Positions 30,601 through 40,204 of a stretch of DNA of 64,000 nt are shown here, piece by piece (positions within the stretch are counted from its first letter, which is position 1; each line of letters opens with the position of its first letter). Made by a program: the position numbers and the translations under genes. Where the stretch lies: positions 384,001-448,000 of the forward strand of contig CAWIGG010000005.1 of NCBI GenBank assembly GCA_963835575.1, written 5' to 3'. Source of the stretch: an uncultured Spirochaetota bacterium. Lineage in GTDB: Bacteria > Spirochaetota > Brevinematia > Brevinematales > JAOACQ01. The notes below the pieces were generated by a model that did not search any database, had not been told where the DNA came from, and saw only the letters and a program-made list of their open reading frames with translations.

Positions 30601-30974
30601 TCATCCGCGCCCATCCATGTGAAATTGGAGTTTACTAAAAAGCTTAAACAAAGCCTGAAGGACTTCTCTCTTATTTTTCTCTGTATTCCAGTCTTAGCTC
30701 TCTGTACCCTCTGTATTTAAACACCGAATCATTCTCTGCAATGTCAGCCAACTTGAAATCCAATAAAACCGCTCCATAAATCATACCTTCGTACCTTCCG
30801 CCTTCCTGTGAACCCTTAGCGTTCCTTCGCGTGGCTTCGCGGATTACCCCGTTCGTGGTCCCTTCCGTGCTATTCCGTGAAATTCCGTGGCTAAACCCTT
30901 TCCGTCCTCTTCCCGTCTTCCCACCTTCCTGCCAATCCCCATTCGCGTCCATTCGCGTGCATTAGCGGATTACC
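30601..30974. repeat. Stack 2 of co-oriented repeat half-sites
   Basis: 30801-30850 is 49/50 identical to 29181-29230; same unit types in a different order. Confidence 0.75.
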
Positions 30975-30982
30975 AACTCTGA

Positions 30983-32977
30983 TTACAAACTCTTCAAAAT
31001 ATAGTCCATCGAGCTCGATATGGACAGGGCCCTGGAAATAGACATCGCCGCGATATTCGCGAAAGAGTCCAGATACCTGACTTCGTCTTTCGAAAAAAAG
31101 GTTTTATCATCCTTCTTTAAAATGGCAATGACGCCGATCACCGAATTGTTGGCCGAAAGCGGCATATAAAACCATGGGGATGAGGAAAGAGTGTCCGTGC
31201 CGCGGCCGGCTGTCTTATTATTTTTATAGACCCATTGGGATATGCCTTTTTCATTCTCGCCGAATACGGCCCTGTCCTCTGTTTCCGCCATGATCTTAAC
31301 ATTATCTTCCTTGCCGGGCAGGAGAACAATCACGTCGCTCTTGAAAAAATCCCCGATATTTTTAATGATTGAACCGAGAAGTTCGCTCAGGTTATTACGG
31401 CTCAAGAGCTCCTTGCTGAAATTGTAAATCGTATAAAGGAATTTTTCCTGCTTCTTGTAAGTATCTATTCTCCAGCGGACCATATCGGACAAAATGCTGG
31501 TCGTTACGCCGACGATAAAAAAGACGATGAAAATCGGCAGATACTGGATGTCGCTTATGGAAAAGCTGAAAAAAGGCTTGACAAAGAAAAAATCGAGAGC
31601 GGCGACGGATAAAAGAGAAGCCCAGACACCCTGCTTCCTGCCCCAGAAGAAACTCACTATCAGTACCGGCAGGAGCATCAGCATAATGATGTTTGTAAAC
31701 CCGAGTATATGAATGAGAAAATAACACACGGTTGTAACAGCGATCACAATTAGCGAAGGAACGATATATTTTGTCCATTCCCAGCTTTTCCCTGTCTCGG
31801 ATTTAACTTCCTGCCTTGAAGACTCCCCCGTTGTATCGACCAGCATCACATGGATAGGTTTTACTTTCCCGATCAGTTCCCCGACTACCGATCCCCGGAT
31901 CAGGTTGTCCAGACGCGACCGGGATGAAAAACCGATCAGGATCAGGGTCACATGGTTTTCCTTTGCGAACGAGGCGATCTCGTCAGCGATCCTGTCCGCG
32001 ATGAGTGTTACCGTTTTTGCTCCGAGGTCTTCGGCCAGCTTTAAATTCTTCGACAACTGCTGCCGCTGTACTTCCGTCAGGTTCCCGAACTGGGACAATT
32101 CGACAAAAACCGTAAACCATTCGGCATCCAGGTCTTCCGCCATGCGGTGGCCGCTCCGGATCAATTTCTGCGACGCGGGGCTCGCGCTTGCCGCGACAAG
32201 GATCCTCGAGCCGACGGGGATCGGGCTCTTGATCGCGTTCTGCCGCATATAATCCAGTATCTCGTCGCTGACCTGCCTGGCTGTATAGCGGAGCGATAAT
32301 TCCCGCAGTCCCATCAGGTTGCTTTTTTTAAAGAACTCCAGCATGGCGAGCCTGGCCTTATCGGGAATATATACTTTACCTTCCTTCAGCCGGGTTTCAA
32401 GCTCCTCTATCGGGATATCGACAAGTTCGATCTCATCCGCCTTGTCAAAAAAGCTGTCGGGAAGGATTTCCCTGACATGAACTCCCGTCATCTGCTCGAC
32501 TATATCGTTGATGCTTTCCAGGTGCTGGACATTAAGCGTCGTCGCGACATTGATCCCGTTATTGATCAGTTCCTCGATGTCCTCATATCTTTTATTGTGC
32601 CTCGATCCGGCCGCGTTTGTGTGCGCCAGCTCATCCACAAGGACCAGGGCCGGCCGCCGTTTGAGGATCGCGTCCAGGTCCATTTCCTCTAAAGTAATGC
32701 CCTGGTACTCTATTTTCCTGCGAGGGATGATCTCGAGGCCTTCCGTCAGCGCTTCCGTGTCCGCGCGCCCATGAGTTTCAACAATGCCGACTACAGCATC
32801 TATTCCGTTTTTCCTGAGCATCTGCGCGTTCTGGAGCATCCTGTACGTTTTTCCGACCCCGGCGGAATATCCCAGGTAAATTTTCAGGATACCGCTTTTG
32901 TCATTTACTTCCCTTTCCTCGCTCTGCATCATCTTCAGTATTGTTTCAGGGTCAAGCCTTCTGTGTTCCTGCGCCAT
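30983..32977 (-). CDS. kdpD: KdpD sensor (KdpD-N, Usp, TM, GAF) lacking the histidine kinase module
   Basis: IYLGYSAGVGKTY, LVDELAHTN, TLNVQHLES, LDFFFVKP, AGRGTDTL; no H-box or HATPase. Confidence 0.88.
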   Translation of the reverse strand: MAQEHRRLDPETILKMMQSEEREVNDKSGILKIYLGYSAGVGKTYRMLQNAQMLRKNGIDAVVGIVETHGRADTEALTEGLEIIPRRKIEYQGITLEEMDLDAILKRRPALVLVDELAHTNAAGSRHNKRYEDIEELINNGINVATTLNVQHLESINDIVEQMTGVHVREILPDSFFDKADEIELVDIPIEELETRLKEGKVYIPDKARLAMLEFFKKSNLMGLRELSLRYTARQVSDEILDYMRQNAIKSPIPVGSRILVAASASPASQKLIRSGHRMAEDLDAEWFTVFVELSQFGNLTEVQRQQLSKNLKLAEDLGAKTVTLIADRIADEIASFAKENHVTLILIGFSSRSRLDNLIRGSVVGELIGKVKPIHVMLVDTTGESSRQEVKSETGKSWEWTKYIVPSLIVIAVTTVCYFLIHILGFTNIIMLMLLPVLIVSFFWGRKQGVWASLLSVAALDFFFVKPFFSFSISDIQYLPIFIVFFIVGVTTSILSDMVRWRIDTYKKQEKFLYTIYNFSKELLSRNNLSELLGSIIKNIGDFFKSDVIVLLPGKEDNVKIMAETEDRAVFGENEKGISQWVYKNNKTAGRGTDTLSSSPWFYMPLSANNSVIGVIAILKKDDKTFFSKDEVRYLDSFANIAAMSISRALSISSSMDYILKSL

Positions 32978-32978
32978 T

Positions 32979-33548
32979 TTATTCCCCCTTGAGCAAGTCC
33001 AGGGCCATATTCAATTTCAGAACATTCACTTTTTCAATACCCCAGAAGCCGTATTTACCATTTTCTTTGTTATCCTCAATAATTTTTTTGATCTTTTCAA
33101 TTGAAATATTTCTTTTTCCCGCGATTCTTTTTGCCTGGATTTCGGCGTTCTCGATACTGATATCGGGATCAAGCCCGCTGGCGGAGGCAAGCGCCATATC
33201 CGGCGGAATTTTTGCCGTATCATCAAGCTTATTAATTTTTCTGATCTCCGCAATCCTGTTGCTGACCGCCAGGATCAGATTGGAACTGCATGGGCCTAAA
33301 TTAAAGCCCCCGGAATTAGTACTGTCATAATCCGAGGCGGAAGGCCTTCCCTGAAAATAGATATCATTTGTAAAAGATTGGCCTATTAATTCAGAACCGA
33401 TTATTTTGCCGTCCTTCACGATAAGGCTGCCGTTTGCTTGTTTGGGAAAAGCAAGCTGGGCAATACCGGTTATGAGAAGCGGGTAAAAGATCCCGGTCAG
33501 GACCGTCATAATGATCAATAAAGCAATGGACTGATAAATTAATTTCAT
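32979..33548 (-). CDS. kdpC: K+-transporting ATPase subunit C
   Basis: QANGSLI, GSELIGQ, YFQGRPSA, ASASGLDPDIS, VNVLKLNMALD. Confidence 0.96.
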   Translation of the reverse strand: MKLIYQSIALLIIMTVLTGIFYPLLITGIAQLAFPKQANGSLIVKDGKIIGSELIGQSFTNDIYFQGRPSASDYDSTNSGGFNLGPCSSNLILAVSNRIAEIRKINKLDDTAKIPPDMALASASGLDPDISIENAEIQAKRIAGKRNISIEKIKKIIEDNKENGKYGFWGIEKVNVLKLNMALDLLKGE

Positions 33549-33573
33549 AAAATTCTCCTCTGAGTTATATTTT

Positions 33574-33766
33574 AACAGGAAGGCACGAAGACACGAAGAT
33601 CGTATTTTTCCGAACTTCCTGTTTAGTTTGTTTTACTAGTATTTTTTTCAAAACTCCAAATTTATTTTTTTCTCTTCATTATTATATTTATCTTTATTCA
33701 TAAATATAAATTCTTTTATTTTTGACTATTCTCCTTACGCTCTTCACGCCTTCGCGTCTTCCTGTT
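33574..33766. repeat. Gene-less periodic inverted-repeat element (ACAGGAAG subfamily) between kdpB and kdpC
   Basis: AACAGGAAGGCACGAAGACACGAAGA ... TCTTCACGCCTTCGCGTCTTCCTGTT. Confidence 0.75.
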
Positions 33767-33774
33767 GATTAAAA

Positions 33775-35826
33775 CTATTTAAAAAGGCTCAGAAGCATAT
33801 CGATCAGCTTTATTCCGGGGAACGGCAGGATCACCCCGCCGAAGCCGTAAATCAATAAATTCCTCCACAATAATGAAACCGCCGTCTGCGTCTTGTACTT
33901 TACCCCGCGGAGCGCAAGCGGTATCAATAGCGGAATGACGATCGCGTTAAAAATAATGGCGGCCAGGACCGCCGATTCCGGGTTATTCAAATGCATGATG
34001 TTGAGTATTCCGAGCGCCGGAAAGGCCGCCATAAACATCGCCGGCACAATGGCAAAATATTTCGATATGTCGTTCGCGATGCTGAAAGTAGTCAGCGCGC
34101 CGCGGGTGATCAGGATCTCCTTGCCGATCTCCACAATATCGAGAAGCTTCGTCGGGTTGGAGTCCAGGTCGATCATATTCGCCGCTTCCCGCGCGACCTG
34201 AGTCCCCGCGTTCATCGCGACGGCCACATCCGCCTGTGCGAGGGCCGGGGCGTCGTTCGTCCCATCGCCGATCATGGCTACCAGGTAACCTTCAGCCTGG
34301 TATTTTTTGATCATATCCAGCTTGGTCTCAGGCCTCGCCTGCGCGATAAAGTCGTCAATCCCGGCTTCCGCGGCGATAGTGGCGGCCGTCAGCTGGTTAT
34401 CCCCCGTGATCATCACCGATTTGATCCCCATTTTCCTGAGGTGCGCCAATCTCTCGCTGATCCCCACCTTCAGGATATCCGTCAAACGTATGGCCCCCAG
34501 GACTTTGTCGTTTTCGGCCACAACAAGGGGGGTTCCTCCTTTTTCAGAAATATCTTTTACACTTGCTTTTACAAAATCGTCCATTTTTCCGCCTTTCCCG
34601 GTAATATAGGACTCAATTGCCTCATAGGAACCCTTACGGATTTGATTGCCTTCCATGTCAACGCCGCTCATCCTGCTTTCCGGCGTGAACGGAATGAATT
34701 TCGCGTCTTCCGGGGTTTTAATGTCCCTGCCCCGGATTTGAAGGGTTTCTTTTGCCAGTGTTAAAATGCTTCTCCCTTCCGGGGTTTCATCGGCAAGGGA
34801 AGCGAATAATGCCTTTTCCGCCAGCATCTTTATTGTAATGCCATCAGCGGGTATGAATTTCTTCGCCATCCTGTTCCCCAGCGTAATTGTCCCTGTTTTA
34901 TCCAGGAGCACTATGCTCACGTCTCCCGAAGCCTCGACGGCGCGGCCTGACAGGGCGATCACATTCCTCTCGATCAGCCTGTCCATACCGGCTATGCCGA
35001 TCGCGGGCAGGAGCGCGCCGATGGTTGTCGGCATCAGGCAGACCAGAAGCGCTATCAGCACCGGTATTGTCACATTGACACCGGAATATTTATTGTAAAG
35101 GATGAGTGTGACAACAACCACAATAAATAAAATGGTCAAACCGATCAAGAGGATTTCAAGCGCGATTTCATTGGGGGTTTTCTGCCGCTTCGCGCTTTCC
35201 ACCATGGAGATCATCGTGTCCAGAAAGCTTTCGCCCGGGTTGGAGGTGATCTTTACCCTGATCGTTCCCTCGATGATCTTTGTGCCGCCCGTCACGCCGC
35301 TCCTGTCGCCGCCCGATTCGCGGATGACGGGGGCCGATTCGCCCGTTATGGCCGATTCGTCCACAAGCGCCGTGCCTTCAACGATCTCGCCGTCGCCCGG
35401 GATCAATTCCCCTTTCCTGATGAGAACAAAATCGCCTCTTCTCAAATTAAGCGCCGGGATTTCCTTTATCTCACCGGGCTTCACAGTTGTCGCTTTTTCC
35501 GAAATCTTATGCGCCATGGTCGTGCTCCGGGTGCTTTTCAAAGCCTCCGTCTGGGCCCTGCCCCGGCTTTCCGCCACAGCCTCGGCAAAATTGGAAAAAA
35601 GCACCGTGAACCAGAGCCAGACCGAAATGCTCAGGTTAAAGGAGTAAGGCTGTGCATTCGTTATATTTAATATTGTAATAAAAGTCGTTATGACAGCGCC
35701 GATCTCCACGACGAACATGACAATATTGCGAATCATGACAGCGGGGTTCAGCCGGATGAAGGATTCTTTCAGGGCGTCCAGGAGGATCGGCTTCCAGTCT
35801 ATTTTTTTTGATTTATCATTATACAT
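33775..35826 (-). CDS. kdpB: K+-transporting ATPase subunit B
   Basis: [26 protein letters not shown]. Confidence 0.97.
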   Translation of the reverse strand: MYNDKSKKIDWKPILLDALKESFIRLNPAVMIRNIVMFVVEIGAVITTFITILNITNAQPYSFNLSISVWLWFTVLFSNFAEAVAESRGRAQTEALKSTRSTTMAHKISEKATTVKPGEIKEIPALNLRRGDFVLIRKGELIPGDGEIVEGTALVDESAITGESAPVIRESGGDRSGVTGGTKIIEGTIRVKITSNPGESFLDTMISMVESAKRQKTPNEIALEILLIGLTILFIVVVVTLILYNKYSGVNVTIPVLIALLVCLMPTTIGALLPAIGIAGMDRLIERNVIALSGRAVEASGDVSIVLLDKTGTITLGNRMAKKFIPADGITIKMLAEKALFASLADETPEGRSILTLAKETLQIRGRDIKTPEDAKFIPFTPESRMSGVDMEGNQIRKGSYEAIESYITGKGGKMDDFVKASVKDISEKGGTPLVVAENDKVLGAIRLTDILKVGISERLAHLRKMGIKSVMITGDNQLTAATIAAEAGIDDFIAQARPETKLDMIKKYQAEGYLVAMIGDGTNDAPALAQADVAVAMNAGTQVAREAANMIDLDSNPTKLLDIVEIGKEILITRGALTTFSIANDISKYFAIVPAMFMAAFPALGILNIMHLNNPESAVLAAIIFNAIVIPLLIPLALRGVKYKTQTAVSLLWRNLLIYGFGGVILPFPGIKLIDMLLSLFK

Positions 35827-35836
35827 ATTTCACCTC

Positions 35837-37540
35837 TTAAAATAATTTTCCGGCGTTCATAAAAAGCTGATCGAGCACAGGGCCCAGGACAAACGGCATA
35901 AAGAATGTCAGGCCGCCGAACACGATGACGATGAATACCAGCATGACCACAAAAAGCGGCGTTGAAGTATGGAACGTTGCCGGAGTGTCCGCGATGGATT
36001 TTTTCTTTGCCAGCGACCCGGCAATGGCCAGCGCCGGAATGATCGTCGCGAAGCGTCCGATCAGCATGGCTGCGGAAATCGAAAGATTATAGTAAAGGGT
36101 ATTGGCATTCAAGCCGGCAAACGCGGAACCGTTGTTACCGAAGGGGGACGCATAGGCATACAGGATTTCCGACAGTCCATGAGGGCCGGCATTATTGAGG
36201 CTTGACAAAGCGACAGGAAGAACACTGGCCAGCGATGAAAAAATCAATACCCCCATCGGGGCCGCGAGCATACCGATGAGCGTCATGATCATCTCAAAAG
36301 GCTCCAGCTTTTTATTATATATTTCCGGCGTGCGGCCGATCATCAGGCCCGCAAGGAACATCGTCATAAAAGCGTAAAAGAGCATGCTGATGATGCCGAC
36401 TCCCACGCCGCCGAATATGATCTCGCCGATCCCCATATTGAACATCTGGACCAGGCCCGTCATTGGGAGCATGCTTTCATGCATCGAGTTGACCGCGCCG
36501 GTGGATGTAACCGTCGTCGCGACGCTGAAAAAGGCGGAAGTGAATATTCCGAAACGTGTCTCCTTGCCTTCCATATTGGCGCCATGGACTACACCCAGCT
36601 TCGCCAGATTCGGATTTCCCTTCATTTCAAAGTAAACTGCGCCGGCAAGGCCGGCGATGAGTAATATAAACATCGCCATAAAGATCGCGATCCCTTTGCC
36701 CCGGCTCTTCATGAGAAAGCCCATCATGAAGGGGAATGAAAATGGAAGCAGGAGCAGACCCAGGATCTCTAGAAAATTGGTCAGAAAGTTCGGGTTTTCA
36801 AAGGGATGTGAAGAATTCGCGTTAAAAAAGCCGCCGCCGTTATTTCCAAGTTCCTTGATAGCCTCCTGCATCGCGACAGGTCCGACGGCTATAACCTGTT
36901 CTTTACCCTGCAGTGTTGAAGCATGGACATAGCCGCCCAGCGTCTGGACAACCCCCTGCGAAACAAGAACAAGGGATAAAACAAGTGAAAGCGGGATCAG
37001 GACATAGAGGACCGTCCGGGTGAGGTCCACCCAGAAATTGCCGATTGTATTGGAATTTTTCAATGTAAAACCGCGGAAAAGAGCCAGAGCGGCGCCGAAA
37101 CCCGTGGCGGCCGAGACAAAATTCTGTACAGTCATACCGGCCATCTGTGTTAAATAGCTGATTGTGGACTCGCCGGCATAGGACTGCCAGTTTGTGTTGG
37201 TCATAAAGGATATGGCTGTATTGAGCGCGGTGTCCCAGCGGACCCCCCCGAATTTCTGCGGGTTCAGGGGCAGAACCCCCTGGATCAACTGCAGGATGAA
37301 CAGGAATAAAAAACCGGCCAGGTTGAACAAAATCAGGGCAAGGGCATACTGTTTCCAGTTCATCTGATCGGTCGGATTGATCCGGCATGATTTATAGATC
37401 AGATTTTCAACCGGCAGCAGGACAGGCGAAAGAAAAGTCTTTTCTCCGCCGAACACTTTTCCCATAAACCGGCCCATAATCAACGCCAGAACGATCAGGA
37501 CCGCAAAGAATAAAACAGTAAAAAGCAGATTACCGATCAT
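35837..37540 (-). CDS. kdpA: K+-transporting ATPase subunit A
   Basis: NTNWQSY, NGGGFFNANSSHPFENP, GAVNSMH, FGGVGVG, NNGSAFAGL. Confidence 0.97.
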   Translation of the reverse strand: MIGNLLFTVLFFAVLIVLALIMGRFMGKVFGGEKTFLSPVLLPVENLIYKSCRINPTDQMNWKQYALALILFNLAGFLFLFILQLIQGVLPLNPQKFGGVRWDTALNTAISFMTNTNWQSYAGESTISYLTQMAGMTVQNFVSAATGFGAALALFRGFTLKNSNTIGNFWVDLTRTVLYVLIPLSLVLSLVLVSQGVVQTLGGYVHASTLQGKEQVIAVGPVAMQEAIKELGNNGGGFFNANSSHPFENPNFLTNFLEILGLLLLPFSFPFMMGFLMKSRGKGIAIFMAMFILLIAGLAGAVYFEMKGNPNLAKLGVVHGANMEGKETRFGIFTSAFFSVATTVTSTGAVNSMHESMLPMTGLVQMFNMGIGEIIFGGVGVGIISMLFYAFMTMFLAGLMIGRTPEIYNKKLEPFEMIMTLIGMLAAPMGVLIFSSLASVLPVALSSLNNAGPHGLSEILYAYASPFGNNGSAFAGLNANTLYYNLSISAAMLIGRFATIIPALAIAGSLAKKKSIADTPATFHTSTPLFVVMLVFIVIVFGGLTFFMPFVLGPVLDQLFMNAGKLF

Positions 37541-37790
37541 ACTAAAATCCTCCTTTTCTCCATCGGGATGCGTTATTTAATGACATTCTTGAAAAAAACC
37601 GGTTTCCGGGCTTCTTGCAGGAACATCAACAGGCACAAAAAGGCTGTTTTAGTACATCAGTATATTGCTTCAAAGTTCATTATTAGAATTATGCTATAAG
37701 CCCCTTCTTAAAAAGTCAAATTTTTTAATTATTCAAGCCCGGCTTTCACATCAACGTTTCGAGCGTAGGAGACGTTTTTGGCGGAGCGAA

Positions 37791-37889
37791 CAGACTGTGT
37801 GAAAAGTCGGTGTTTTGCATCGTAATTCTATATTTTTCGTTCCGTAACTTCAATAAACACGTGGCGAAAAATAGTTTTCACACAGTCTG
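37791..37889. mobile_element. 99-bp MITE with IS1182-like ends
   Basis: 15-bp perfect IR CAGACTGTGTGAAAA / TTTTCACACAGTCTG; GAA duplicated at 37788-37790 and 37890-37892. Confidence 0.85.
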
Positions 37890-37956
37890 GAAGCGCAGCC
37901 AAAAATGTGGCGAAGCCCGAAGCGCGCTACTGCGCGCGATGCTCCTACGCCGTGTT

Positions 37957-39679
37957 GAATCTGTAGAAAAAGTTCCTTAATATGGTCAAAACGAGCATAT
38001 TACTTTAAAATAAAAGCACAGTAAAATCAAGAGGGGAAAGACATGGCGCGGTATAAATATGTCAATTACGAGCAGATGGAACTGATACCTGTTTCATTCG
38101 AAGAGCAAATTATTCCCGGTACATTTGAGTACACATTAAGCTATCTGATTGATAATAAAATCGATCTGAACATTTTTGAAAGTAAATATAAAAATGACTG
38201 TACCGGCGCACCGGCCTACAACCCGAAGGTTATGTTGAAAATCATCCTCTACAGCTATTCACACGGCATCTTCACATCACGGGAAATCGAGTATTTCTGT
38301 AAAACAAATATCATAGTCAAGGCTCTTTCCGCGAACACCATTCCACATTTCACATCCATCGCGGATTTTGTTTCGTCGATGAAGGATGAAATTTATCCCA
38401 TTTTTCTGAATATATTGCTTGTTTGCGCGGAGCTCAATCTGATCGGCGGGGATATGTTCGCGCTGGACGGATGTAAGCTGTCATCAAACGCCTCGAAGGA
38501 ATGGTCGGGGACTTTCGATGATTTAAGAAAGAAAAAAGAGAAGCTGGAAAATCTTGTTAAAGAGATGCTTTCGGAACATGAAAAGCGCGATCAGGACGGC
38601 GGAATCCCGGATGAAAAAGGAAAAGAAATGAAACGGATAGAAAAGATATTAAAAAAAGCGGAAAAAATAGAAAGGTTTTTGAAAACCGGACAGCCAAAGA
38701 ATAAATCGAGGCATGGAGAAAAGCAGTCCAACATAACGGATAACGAGAGCGCGAAGATAAAAAGTTCGCATGGAGTGATACAAGGTTATAACGGACTTTC
38801 TGTTGTGGATTCAAAGCATCAGGTGATTACCGCGGCGGAAGCTTTTGGTTTAGGCCAGGAAGGGGAAGTATTGAAGCCGATGGTTGAAATAACGGAGGAA
38901 AATTTAAGCGTGATAAAAGGAGAAACAAATCCGCTGGAAGGAAAAACAATACTGGGGGACACGAATTATTTCAGCGAAGAAAATCTAAAATATCTGGCGG
39001 AAGAAAAGAAGATGGAAGCTGTGATACCGGACAATCAATTTCGAGGGAGGGATGAACGGTTTACCGATCGGGGAAGGTTCAAGCCGAAACCGATGAAATA
39101 CCGGGAACACGATTTTGAAAAAAATGAAGCTGATAATACTTATATATGCCCGAATGGAAAAATATTAAGCTATAAGGGATACCAGAGGCAATTGAGTAAT
39201 TTCGGCCATAAATATCAGGCCAGGCAGGCGGATTGTTCAAAATGCGGGAAAAGGGGACAATGCTTAAAACATCCCGATAAGACAAGGCAAAGAACATTAT
39301 ATCTGGTGGACAAAAGAGGGGATAAAAACTATTCAAAAGAAATGGTAAATAAAATTGATCTGCCGGAAATCAGGGATTTGTACAGCCGGAGGATGGGAAT
39401 AATTGAGCCGGTATTTGGCAACATCCGTTCTTGTAAAGGTATGGACCGTTTTACGCTCAGGGGTAAGAGTAAGGTTAATATCCAGTGGCTTTTGTTCTGT
39501 ATAGTGCATAATATTGGTAAAATCCAGATATTTGGTAAGATTTAAGGGGGTGTTCATAGCCATAATACCGGCTTGAAATTGGAAAAATGGAAAATCCGGA
39601 TAGAGAAATGAAAAATGATACTCTATCCGGTTATCAGAAGACAGTTTTTATTCTCGTTTTTGGCTTTTTCGACAGGGTC
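37957..39679 (+). mobile_element. IS1182-family insertion sequence
   Basis: IR GAATCTGTAGAAAAAG / CTTTTTCGACAGGGTC (13/16); GTT duplicated at 37954-37956 and 39680-39682. Confidence 0.88.
38043..39545 (+). CDS. IS1182-family DDE transposase
   Basis: GAPAYNP, SREIE, DGCKLSSNASK, TDNES, QGYN, DTNY, YICPNG, IEPVFGNI, VHNIGK. Confidence 0.93.
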   Translation: MARYKYVNYEQMELIPVSFEEQIIPGTFEYTLSYLIDNKIDLNIFESKYKNDCTGAPAYNPKVMLKIILYSYSHGIFTSREIEYFCKTNIIVKALSANTIPHFTSIADFVSSMKDEIYPIFLNILLVCAELNLIGGDMFALDGCKLSSNASKEWSGTFDDLRKKKEKLENLVKEMLSEHEKRDQDGGIPDEKGKEMKRIEKILKKAEKIERFLKTGQPKNKSRHGEKQSNITDNESAKIKSSHGVIQGYNGLSVVDSKHQVITAAEAFGLGQEGEVLKPMVEITEENLSVIKGETNPLEGKTILGDTNYFSEENLKYLAEEKKMEAVIPDNQFRGRDERFTDRGRFKPKPMKYREHDFEKNEADNTYICPNGKILSYKGYQRQLSNFGHKYQARQADCSKCGKRGQCLKHPDKTRQRTLYLVDKRGDKNYSKEMVNKIDLPEIRDLYSRRMGIIEPVFGNIRSCKGMDRFTLRGKSKVNIQWLLFCIVHNIGKIQIFGKI

Positions 39680-39704
39680 GTTAGGCGATGGTTTGGCCAC
39701 CCTT

Positions 39705-40037
39705 TTATTTTCCAAGTAATTTTTCAAAAATAATATCTTCTATATTTCTTCTTCCATCTATAACCGCTAAAATAATCACTTCTTTATCTTGAACTCGATA
39801 GATTATTCTCCAAGGATTTTCAATTATTTCTCTATATATATCAATACTAAATATTTTCAATTCTGGTACAATTCGTCCTTTTAATGGCATATTTGATAAT
39901 GTAAGTGCTTTGTTCTTAAGTTTATGATATATAGATTTTGATAAATCCTTTTTATCATTAGCAATATAATCAATTATTTCCATTAAATCATTTTTTGCAT
40001 CCCGAGTTTTATTATTACAAACCTTTTTAGTTATCAA
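39705..40037 (-). CDS. RelE/ParE-family toxin (start uncertain, no adjacent antitoxin seen)
   Basis: AKNDLMEIIDYIA, P.KGRIVPEL, YREII..PWRIIYRV, ILAVIDGRR. Confidence 0.85.
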   Translation of the reverse strand: MITKKVCNNKTRDAKNDLMEIIDYIANDKKDLSKSIYHKLKNKALTLSNMPLKGRIVPELKIFSIDIYREIIENPWRIIYRVQDKEVIILAVIDGRRNIEDIIFEKLLGK

Positions 40038-40204
40038 TAGTCTGGCCTATACCTGGTTTTAATATCAAATTGCCCAATCAATTTATTAACCGAAGCGACA
40101 ATAATGGAATCGGTATTGTTTTCTTGAATTATTTCCTTCCTCAGGTTAGAATATCCAGCCATAGGCTGATAGTTAAGTAATATCATCAATTCGGGAGATT
40201 TGCA

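Larger units (their letters stand above)
37749..39686 (-). other. Integron attC-like site (~110 bp when reconstructed) split by a MITE and an IS1182
   Basis: On the minus strand GCCTAAC..GCGTAGGAGCA..TCTCCTACGC..GTTGATG, directly downstream of the RelE/ParE gene. Confidence 0.72.

Noticed and set aside
29133..30952. Short ORFs 29133..29393, 30381..30614 and 30671..30952
   Set aside because: They are translations of the repeat stacks and hairpins, with no protein-like features.
28979..30974. CRISPR array
   Set aside because: No constant repeat with unique spacers and no cas genes; the units are internally periodic and vary.
37541..37745. kdpF or a c-di-AMP riboswitch upstream of kdpA
   Set aside because: I could not identify a convincing small hydrophobic ORF or riboswitch consensus by eye.
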